From positions 32,426,001-32,490,000 of the forward strand of contig OX597832.1 of NCBI GenBank assembly GCA_951406725.2: a DNA stretch of 64,000 nt. Direction: 5' to 3'. The notes under the pieces are model-generated. The model was not told the origin of the DNA. It worked only from the letters and a program-made list of their open reading frames with translations, and did no database searches. Source of the stretch: Octopus vulgaris (lineage: Eukaryota). The translations under genes and the position numbers were made by a program. This document shows positions 53,677 to 64,000 of this stretch, one piece after another; position 1 is the first letter of the stretch, and each line of letters opens with the position of its first letter.

Positions 53677-54896
53677 GACATTTCTTATAGATTTCCCCTG
53701 CCCCACATATCAAGGATCGGGATAAACGAAACTTAGAATAATTATTGGTCTTTCTCTACATAGCCCCCACAAATGGTCACACACTTCACCCCTCGCTATA
53801 TTCAGCTGTGAAGACCTCTTTTGTACCAGTCGGTAGGATGCATCTGGATCCAAGACTTTACACCGGAAATATCCGAAAATTGCTTCCCTTTCAAAAATGA
53901 GTTCATGGTTGGAAAGAGGTGGAAGTTACATGGTGCGAGGTGGGGAGAGTAAGGGAGAGCAGGAAGGATTTCATAGCCGCGGGTATGTGCTTCCATCTGG
54001 GCAACATGCGCATTGTGAACTGAGGTGTTGTCTTCGAGGAGGTGGACTTCTTTGACCAGCATGCCACGCCCCTCTGCTTTGATGGCGTCCCGCATTTTCT
54101 GCAGCAGAGAAGCATACTTGTTAATAATTGTGGTGTCCTTTTCCAGTAAATCCATCAGCATTAATCCGCTCTGGCCCCAAAAGACTGCGAGCATCACCTT
54201 GACCGCTGAAAGCTGGACACGAGCATTCTTTGGCGGTGGTGAGTTATCATGCTTTCAATGCTTATACTGGACTTTAGTCTCAGGATCATAGTGTTGGCCC
54301 CATGTTTCAACCTGTACGATATGTCTATCGAAAAAGTCCTCGTTTTCTCGGCACATTGCTAAAAGTGCCTGGGAGCAATTGCCTCGTTCTTGCTTCTGAA
54401 AAGTTGTGAGCATCCGGGGAATTCCTCGTACAGACCGCTTCCACATGTTCAAATGTTCGTGAATGACTTTTTCCACGGATCCTACACTTATCGTCACTTC
54501 TTGGGCTAGTTGCCAAATAGTTATGCGGCGATCCTCCAAAATGCCAGATTCCACTTTACGGGTGGTGTCCTCATCAATGGCGGAATATAGTCGTCCAGGA
54601 GTAGGAGTGTTTTCTACCGATGTCCGACCACATTTGACCTGGCGATGTTAGTGCTTGACTACGTCGTATGATGTTGCATCGTCACCATAAACTTCTTTCA
54701 TCTCATCAAAAGTCTCTTTTGGTGTACAACCTTTCAAGTATTAGAACCTGATCGCTGATCTGCATTCAACTGCCTCCATTATAACACCTTAGTCCAGTTC
54801 CGCAGCCGTAAAAGACAAACGAATACTAGTGAAATGCCGCAATTTACAACCTGACATGCCCAAGCTCTGTTTCCTGCAATAACCGAACACCCCTCG
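53672..54896 (-). mobile_element. Mariner (DD34D) DNA transposon, near full-length, inactivated; transposase pseudogene ~54779-53742
   Basis: MEAVECRSAIRF*YLKG...EDRRIT...GIPRML...VETW..HYDPETK...VFWGQSG...EDNTSVH...PYSPHLAPCNFHLFP...GGYVEK. The right end is 'cacccctcg|ta' and the left end is a degenerate 'ta|taaggga'. Inserted in (TA)n. Confidence 0.92.
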
Positions 54897-54913
54897 TATG
54901 TATATGTATATAT

Positions 54914-55285
54914 ATATAATCAAAATAAGCAACACGGTTATCCAGAGGTAATGCATTACGATGATTTCATGCAGTTCCATTTAATTGAAGAATGCAATCA
55001 TTACATCAATTTAAAATGTAGAGCAATCTTCAGTTGCACAAAGACATAGAATTTAGTTAAATTAGAACAGATGGACACACTATTATAATTATACCTAAAC
55101 TCTCCTAGAAGTTAAATAGATAGACAAAGAACATGTTGTCTCACTCCAGTTTAGAAGTTTCGTGTAGCTGAAAATTGCTCTGCATTTTAAATTGATGTAA
55201 ATATTGCATTGTTCAATTAAATGGAATTGCATGAAACAATCGTGCTGCATTAGCTCTGGGTATCCTTGTTGCTTATTTTAATTTT
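54914..55285. mobile_element. Divergent inverted pair of a hammerhead-like repeat, family C (motifs 54951-55039 - and 55162-55250 +)
   Basis: The ~125-bp arms are reverse complements. Consensus with the 45914 copy: AUGCAG-CUGAAGA-UUGC..long hairpin..GCAU-GAAA-CNAUCG-UA-CUGCAU. Confidence 0.6.
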
Positions 55286-56512
55286 AATCACCTTACTTTT
55301 AAAGTTGGTTACGCGTGCATTTCTATTTCTCTGATTTTCCATTTCCGTTCTTTTCCTCTTCATCTCTGTTCTATCTTTCAGGAGAAAAGGGTAATAGTCC
55401 AAATGTTGCAGACAGTTCCTTCTTTTTTCCCATTTCCTTAGAGCTAAACTGATATCAAATAATATTTTTGTTGTTGATTCTTTTTACCTCGGATTTGTGT
55501 CGTATGTTGCGTCTTCCTTACACTCTACACACACACACACACACATACACATTCACATACGCACGCACCCATGCATGAAAACAATGTTGATAGCGTAGGT
55601 CATGCAAGGTGCCTTATTATTCACATAAGTATGCATAAATAATACACGCTATTTATATCCCTTTAGAGAAGAAACCCTGGTTTCCTTGGCGCATAAATGA
55701 CAGAGATTCCATCTCATCTTGCATTGTATGAAACCTTGATCCTTCGAAGTCCCAATATCCCAGTTAGTGCTGTAACACATTACAGACGAGAGAAGAATAA
55801 TAAGGAAAATCGACGAAACGAAACCAGGATCTTAGGATCGCGAGTGCCAGACCCAAACCATATCCAACGATCCTTCATTGTATTGTCACAAAAAAAAAAC
55901 CTATCTACCGGGACATTTCAGTTCTCTGTGAAAGAGACTTCTATAAAATCGTTTCTGGGAATCGAATGTCAAATCACAGAAGGTGGAGTAGGATTTCCAT
56001 TTTCGATGTCACAATTCGATGATGGAAGGCTTTGTACGACACTTGATTCAAATCTTTATAGGAGGTGTACAAATACAGTCGTTAAGCTAGTTTGCTAAGT
56101 AATACGTATATTGGTTCATTTATTCGAAATTACGACTTCTCTGTCTGATTACCCTGGCTGCAACAATCCGCAATAGGTTTCAGAAAGATATAATACACAA
56201 TGTCAATACATCCAAGTAGTTTAATGTCGTCGCGTAATCATTACAGCCATCACTTGTTTGAGTTTGACAGAAAAAAAATATGCGAGCAGTGATAACATAG
56301 ATAAATAAAAGAGTTATTGACTGCGCTGGTGTCTGAAAGACATATTTTTTTCATGGTGTCTCTTTGCTTGGTTGTCTCATTCAATCTCTCTCTCTCTTTC
56401 TGCCACTCTGTTTCACTCTCTCTCTCTTGATATCTTTATTTCTTACCACAAGCACACGAACACACAAACCAATACACACACACATGTATATGTGTATATG
56501 AATATATATATA

Positions 56513-56564
<52 letters not shown>

Positions 56565-56642
56565 GATATATGTATATAGAGAGAGATATTCACATATACA
56601 TATATGTGTGTATGTATTTATATGTATATATATATATAGATT

Positions 56643-56683
<41 letters not shown>

Positions 56684-57192
56684 GCATATAAATATAAATA
56701 TTCAAATATGAATCTATATACGTTAAGAATGTATATACATTATCATATATATATGTGTGTATGCATGCTTACACATAATCATAGAAAAATATATGTATGA
56801 TATATATATATATATTATTTTTTGTATGTGCCTCTGTGTGCTTGTGTGTGTGTGTGTGTTTATGTTTGCGAGTTTGAATCATAAGACGTATAACGATGAA
56901 TGACATTACTAATCTGGATTATTCTTCTGTCTTCCTATTAATATTCAGAATCGTATTTGACAAAACACCGAAAGATGATTCGGACAGGAGTCAACAAAAT
57001 TACTACAACCGAACTTGAAAACTGTACTATTACCCCCCCCCAACACACACACACTCGCAGGCGCGTGCACATACAAACTCTCATATATGTATATATGCAC
57101 ACTTACATATATATATATACACTCACATATATATATATATACCTATATATATATACTATATATATATATGCATACATATTTACGTACATTTA

Positions 57193-57223
<31 letters not shown>

Positions 57224-57247
57224 ATATATATATATGTATATATGCAT

Positions 57248-57278
<31 letters not shown>

Positions 57279-59829
57279 CATTTCTTTATTAAAGAAATAT
57301 ATATATATATAGCTGCATGTGTGTATGTATTGATGTGTGTATGCATATATTGCCTGTTCTTTAGCAAAACGTATGTCTATCGCTATCTCATTCACTCGTT
57401 CAATGTGGTTTCATCCGTAAATGTATGTATTTGCATATCTTCTGAATTTATTCGTTCAATTCTTCTGCATAACGAAATGATAGGCAAACACCAATTTTCA
57501 CGCACGTATTTTATCTCACCTCCATTATTCCAATAGCGTCATGGCTTCCACCGTCAACCCTGTCACAACATGGCTCTTTTTTTTTCTTTTTTTCTGTTCA
57601 GAGTCTCTGCTTATTTTGATGTGTGTTTGGTTTCGTTGACAGGGACTATTTACATATTTTTATGTCTATAATTACTAAGAACACAAAACGGAGATTCACC
57701 TCCGCATCCAGATAATAGTGAAACGCATACACACATTTATTGATATATTGATACGGTGATAAAAACATGTATAAATATACACAAATGTATCAAGACATAT
57801 ATATATATATATATATATATGAGTATGTATGTATGTATATATATATATATATGTGTATATATATACATGTATATATATATGTATATATATGTATATATAT
57901 ATGTATATATATGTATATATATATGTGTATATATATACATGTATATATATATATGTATATATATGTATATATATATATATATATATAGGTATCTGTATGT
58001 GTGTAAATACGAATATATAGCCATATATATATATATATATATGCATGCATATATGTATATCCCCCACCCACCCCCACAAACACACACATATATATATATA
58101 TATGCAGGTATGTATATATGAATAGCCATATACATATGCATGCATAAACACACTTACAGACACACATAACGCATATTATATATATATAGAGAGAGATATT
58201 GGACTGTGTTTACGACTATTTACATTGAAGAATGAGGTGAATCATTCCGGCCAGTTACCTAACTTCCTTGACTCTCTCTGAGGAGGAAAAGAAAAACAAA
58301 TAACACAGAGCTGGAAAAAAAAAAATAGAATCCGAAAGAAAATCCTTGACAGTATCACAAGAGATTTATTCCATTTTCAGCGAAAGTGAGTTATAGCCGT
58401 GATTAAATGTACTTCGGCACCAATCAACGTTTGCAATCCTCTTTCACAGACAGAGTTTAAGACGAAATAGACAGCAGGAAAATATCGCCACTAGCCATCG
58501 CTTTAATGTCGCCATAACGGATTTTCAGATATCTATTTGGCTATTTATTGCTATGGTGGAAGCCATATCGAAGAAAGGAAAAAAATAGTGTCATGCCTGT
58601 CTTTTCTTTTCCCGTGGACTTAAAACTATCGAATCAGTCTTTGTGATTTATTTGTTTTCTTATTTACTCCATCGTTTCGTTTGTTTTGCTTTTCGTCTGA
58701 TTTATCTATAAATTTTGTTGTATGTTTTTGTCTCTGTTTTTTGAACAACTGTTTGAATAGAAATTTTGCCTTGGCTGACTGCTTTGAGTGGGTGAGTTCT
58801 TTCTTTCAACAAAACTGTATTAATTCTGTAGAGATACTAAAGACCGTTGTTCTTGCTATAATTGTTGTTGTTGTTTTGTTACCATGGATATTGTTTTTCA
58901 TAGATAATAACGCTATCGTTTCTGTGTCCCAAGTCAGTTCTGATCGAGTAGACACATTATGAAAGTCGTTTCCGCCATCGACATCCTGTAATTATTTCAG
59001 ACATAGTATATCCTGGACTGCAGTATCCAATGCGTCCCTTCCTATTTCAATGTAGTAGAAGTTGTTATTACTGTTGGTGGTGGTTTCGTCCTAGATTAGC
59101 CAAGTTCAAACAGATTTATAATCCTAAGTAACTCAGCCGTGTCCGTCCGTCTTCTACATTTATCAACGTGTATCTCACCAGTGTGTCTTTTCTTTCTTCA
59201 AGTTGGCTGTCATTTCCAGCACAACTACACCATGTATTAGTTGTTACCTCATTCCTCATTCCTTCTGTGATTTTTCGTTAACTATTCAACCAGGTTTAAT
59301 CACTTGTTGCTTCAAGTGTCCTTCTCTAATTTAAGGTAACAAAACGTAATTTTATTGAAATTTAGCTGCTATTGTAAAGAATTGAGCGTTTTAGACAGAT
59401 TCCATAAATTTTAGAGAGAGATGTGTATACTCTTTAGGGACTTGATCAAATGGCCAGACGGATAGCTTCTTGCAGCTAGAAATCTTTCGTTTTAAGAATG
59501 ATAGAATGCGGTTTGAGGGAGAATAAGCAACTATAGTAGTAAAATGAGTGATTTGATAAAAAAGATACATTTGGGATCCAGTGACCCTCCATTTTTAAGA
59601 TGATACTTTCTTATAGACTGAAATATGACTGCTGTTTCTGTGAATCAATTCAGTGTATATAGAAGCGTTCTTGGCTTATTAAATGTCCTTCCATTTCTGA
59701 GATGATTAAGTATGAGCGAAGGAGATTTTGCTGCTATTGTGGTGAATCGAGCGAATGAATGAATGAAGTAGTCATTTTGGCAGTTATTTCTAACAGGTCG
59801 AGTGACCACGCAGAGCCTGTCTTATTGCA

Positions 59830-59869
<40 letters not shown>

Positions 59870-60324
59870 TGTAAGAGTATGAATGTATATGCGTATGTGT
59901 GTGGCGTAGTGCTGTGTCTCTTTCTGCAGACTATTGGCCAAATTCTTCTCTTTAGAATTGTCGATAGCTGAACGGAAATACAATTTGAATGGCTCCTATC
60001 TTTAGATTAAAGATTAATCTCCGTTCCCATTATCAGGATAAAGGAGGAAATACAGCAGAAAACCAAAACTAAACAATTTACTCCATTATATCGGTTCTGT
60101 TACATATTCTCCTTCCATTCCTGCAGAATTTTCTCTCGCTCACGATTCGCTTGACGATGGGAACAATATTGACGAAGCCTTAGAAACACAAGACATTCTT
60201 CATTCTCTCTTTCTTGTAGATAGTTCTTAACAACACTCGGTAGAACATAACAGAAACCATAATTGTTTGTATCAAAGCGGTGTATTGCTGTTATCACGAT
60301 ACCAAAAGGGGTCGCAGTAATAAT

Positions 60325-60620
60325 GGTTCCAAAGTTTGCCCCAAGTTGCCGATTTTAGTGGGAGAGAATTTGTCGATTAGGTTAACCAAAATGTTCAACA
60401 GACATGTATTTTTATCGCCCTCGAAAGGATGAAAGGCAAAATTAATCTCGGTGGAATTTGAACTCAGAACGTAACTAGGTTTTTAAAATATTTATTTGAA
60501 AAAACAATTATCCCAAGAGGAGGAAAATCAATGTTGACCTGGGAGGTATTTGAACTCAAAGAAATGCCGATAATTCTTTTGTCCGACGTGTTAACGACTC
60601 TGGCAGTTGACCGTCTTCTA
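60325..60620 (-). mobile_element. Nin/Deu-like SINE copies (two partial bodies)
   Basis: 'cgaaaggatgaaaggcaaaattaatctcggtggaatttgaactcagaacg' and 'gttgacctgggaggtatttgaactc'. Confidence 0.7.
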
Positions 60621-60854
60621 AAGGTTGCTATACTAAGGTCCAAACATGGGCTCCGAGCGACCGGAAGTTGGTGACCTCTCTACGTTATTGTGGTTCAGCT
60701 GATCAGCATCTCCCACTAAATTCGATCGCATTCAGAGACAATGCATTTCCAATAGTGAATCGCCTCATTTTTATTATGAAGAGTTTGTGAAGACACGAAG
60801 GGAATAAATAGCTTATGGTATAGTATAGGTCTGTCATGAGCCCTAGCACTCATG

Positions 60855-61080
60855 AGATCTGGGTTTAACCCGTTCTCCATTACGCATGAGTGAATGCAAC
60901 TACAACACTCACTCTGGCTCCGACAGGGACAACTATCTCGCCATTGGCAGAATTAATTTACTGCTGAATGTAGTGGAACAAAATGAAATGAAATGTTTCG
61001 TTCAAGAACAAAGCACACTCTGAGTCCGAGAATCGAAACCACGCTCTTCCTATCACGAGTGCTACGTCCTAATCACTATT
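60855..61080 (-). mobile_element. Meta/MESC-like SINE, degenerate
   Basis: 'tgaaatgaaatgtttcgttcaagaacaaagcac...gagaatcgaaacc...cctaatcacta'. Confidence 0.6.
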
Positions 61081-61989
61081 TATTGCATATGGCAATGCAA
61101 ACTATGCGTTCTTGCATTGATTTCGTTTTTAGAGTGATGATTTGAGGACAGATTGCAAAGTTAGAATAGTGACACAACACACGATGTATGCATTTCCTGC
61201 ATACACAATGGATTTTCCGTTTGAACATAGAGGTTGGCGCTGCCTCTTTTAAATTGTATTTCGACGTCATACTTTAGTTGACGCTATATTCATTAGGAAT
61301 TATAAACATTATAGAACGGTTTTAAGCAAATGTTGCTTTCTATATGTTTATAGAATGTTTATTTAGCAGCCATCGAGTCTTGGTTGAATTTCATATTCGT
61401 GTATTCTTGCCTTGAAGAAACGGCCGAGTGTTTGGTAAATGTTAAATTTATTTTACTCTCTTAGATGTATAAACTTAGTGGCATGTATAGAATTGATGTA
61501 GTTCAGAAATGCTAGCAGCAAGTGTTTCTCATATCATTCACATACATCGTTGAAATAATGACTGTTTGCTAAATACAAGTACGAAAGCTTGCAAATTTGC
61601 AATATCGCCATGTATTAAACAATTGAGAGACGTTGCCTCAGAGTAGAAACATACACATACAGACATCTATACCAACACAGACATACATAGACATACACGC
61701 CGATATACACACATACACATATGAATAGACATACAATGCCACCAAAGAGAATTATTTCAGACTGGCCAGCAGCTAGAGTTTGAATGACAAAGGAGAAGAA
61801 ACAATAAATATACTAAATACCATATTAGTTTAAGTTCTTGATAAGATTTCTTCGATATAAGAGAAACTAAAGTAAGACCTAGTGAAAAGGCGAGATAGAT
61901 TTCCTTTTCTCTAACTTGCTACGCACACACACACACATACACACACACACAGACTCACACACATACAGAGACACACACACGCGTACGCA

Positions 61990-62168
61990 TTTGGGGCACG
62001 TGGCAAGTGGATTTTATCGGCCCTCTTTTGCAAGTGTACTTATTCTAACCTTGAAAAGGATGAAAGGAAAAGTCAACCTCGGTGGAATTTGAACTCATAA
62101 CGTAAAGACAGACGAAATGACGCTAATCATTTCGCCCGGCGTGCTAACGATACTGGAAGTTCGCCCCT
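61990..62168 (-). mobile_element. Nin/Deu-like SINE copy
   Basis: 'aaaggatgaaaggaaaagtcaacctcggtggaatttgaactc...tttcgcccggcgtgctaacga'. Confidence 0.8.
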
Positions 62169-62615
62169 TGAGACATCGGGTCTCTTCTTTGAGATCTTTG
62201 AGTACGATTTACACCGATAACATCCCTGGTATCATCATTGTTTGGCGAAGATCAAATAAAATATATCTCCTGTATTGGGAGTTATTATTTCATTACACAT
62301 CTTTTCTCTTCCTTCCAAATATAAATGTATGCACTCTGGACTCTAGAGAGATGTGGCACCACAAGCTCTAATACACGCGTAGACGCAAAAACAGGGCATT
62401 CCCAAGAGACCCACTACCATTTAACAGGAGTTAAGTAATTAACGAATGTATATGTGTGTGCGTGTGTAATGTGTGTGTTTGCGTGTGTGCGTGTGTGTGT
62501 ATGTGTATGTGTGTGTGTATGTGTGTGTGTGAATGTGTGTGTGTGCGTGTAATTAGTAGAGTTATGTAGCGGAAATATATCATTAGTTATTAGTTCCTAT
62601 GTCAGTTTCGTGTAC

Positions 62616-62783
62616 GCTCATAGCTCAGTGGTTAGAGCGTCGGGCTCACCATCACAATATAGTGAGCTCGAGTCCCCGACCGGACTGTTTTGTTCTTGAG
62701 CAAGACACATTATTTCACGTTGATCCAGTTCACTCACCCGTAGAAATGAGATTCAACGTCACTGGTGCCAAGCTGTACTTTCC

Positions 62784-62785
<2 letters not shown>
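62616..62785 (+). mobile_element. Meta/MESC-like SINE, tail type 2, 3'-truncated
   Basis: A box 'tagctcagtgg', 'ttgttcttgagcaagacacattatttcacgttgatccagttcactcac'. Confidence 0.75.
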
Positions 62786-62854
<69 letters not shown>

Positions 62855-62878
62855 ATATATATATGAATTTGTGTGCGA

Positions 62879-62909
<31 letters not shown>

Positions 62910-62934
62910 AATTGATATATATATATATATACAA

Positions 62935-64000
62935 CTTAGATATCTCAGATTGGATTCGGCCATTGTCAGCCCATGTCATGACAAACTCAATAGCAACACC
63001 TAGGAAAGTCTTTTAGTTAGTTATTTCGTGATATTATGGCCCACTTAAGCAGAGAATCGTTGTCAGTTGAGACGTATCCAGGTGTAGGTGGTTTATCCGG
63101 TATTTCCTGGAGGAATTTGTCCAAGTAACGTTTGAAAGTTGTGGGGTATTTTTCTACTTTAATTTCACTCAGGATATCACTGAAAAGAACATGACTTTTG
63201 CAGTGAAGAAATTGTGTCGCAATGTTCTTATATGACGTGATCTCGATCTTTGAAGGGGACGCATTGCACAGAAGCCTAGTCTTGGGTGAATTGTAAACAT
63301 AATGCCGATAGCGTGTGGATAATATTGATGGAATCTGTCCCACATGGTGCAAATAACGTATCTCTCACGGCGGTATTTCAGAGAATGGAGCTTCAGCTGT
63401 TTATGTTGAGCCCAATTATCAAGTCCTATTATGCCATATATTTTTTTTTGTTATTGATATTTATGGTGCTTCGATCTCCATTGTCTTTTTTTTGTAGGAG
63501 ACCTGAATGTGCAGCAGTATTCGTGGTGGGGCCTAGCAAATGCGGAGAAGAGAGGGATGATGGTTTCATGATCCCGGGATTGAAAAGTTCTGAGGATCCA
63601 TGAGAACATTCTGCGGGCAACATCAACTTTTTTGTTGATGTGCACACTCCAGCTAAGGTTGCTGTCGACAGTTACACCTAAGTTCCTGATATTAACCGAC
63701 GGTTCAAGTAGGTCTCCCGACGGTAGTGTATATGGTTGTTTGAGTGTGCCCCCTTTTCCAAAGTGGATGAGCACAGATTTTTCTTTGTTCAACTGCATAT
63801 TCATTTTTTGTGTCCACTGGGTTAGTGCTCAGAGATCCGATTGAAGCATGGTTTGATCATAAGCTCCCTTAATGACTTTCTGGAGCTTAGAATCATCTGC
63901 AATTATTTTAATGGTGCTATGTTCAATGGAATCTGCAATGTCATTGATATAGACAATAAAAAGAAGTGGACCCAGCACAGTAGTCTGTGGGACTCCACTG
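62935..64000 (-). mobile_element. CR1-clade LINE: reverse transcriptase C-terminal part and 3' end, decayed, continuing past the window edge
   Basis: SGVPQTTVLGPLLFIVYINDIADSIEHSTIKIIADDSKL...IRNLGVTVDSNLSWSVHINKKV...RPHHEYC...FKRYLDKFLQEIPDKP, with stops and frameshifts. Confidence 0.9.

Noticed and set aside
55697-56098. 133-aa ORF
   Set aside because: No recognisable homology or compositional signal; compatible with a chance ORF.

Overview
AT-rich eukaryotic non-coding DNA, densely filled with microsatellites ((TA)n, (CA)n, (AAT)n, (AAG)n, (GAT)n, (TCTA)n) and decayed mobile elements. The SINE repertoire and microsatellite load suggest a cephalopod (Octopus-like) intron or intergenic region; this is an inference, not proven. 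I found no supportable host gene, and almost all ORFs in the track are microsatellite translations. Recognisable elements: three tRNA-derived SINE families, two R4/Dong-like LINE pieces next to TAA/CAA tracts, RTE, CR1 and L1/Tx1-like LINE fragments, a near full-length dead mariner, a deleted Tc1/mariner, a non-autonomous Helitron, a MITE-like inverted repeat and a decayed three-finger C2H2 frame. The main discovery candidate is 48328-49833: a ~535-nt non-coding monomer present as two divergent, greater-than-unit-length head-to-tail arrays inside (TA)n. Each array carries a consensus-perfect type I hammerhead ribozyme with a palindromic stem III, i.e. a retrozyme/Penelope-pLTR-like, possibly circRNA-forming element. 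Three further hammerhead-like motif types (about 10 degenerate copies) occur across the window, mostly close to (TA)n tracts. All structures were read by eye; no folding or database search was run.
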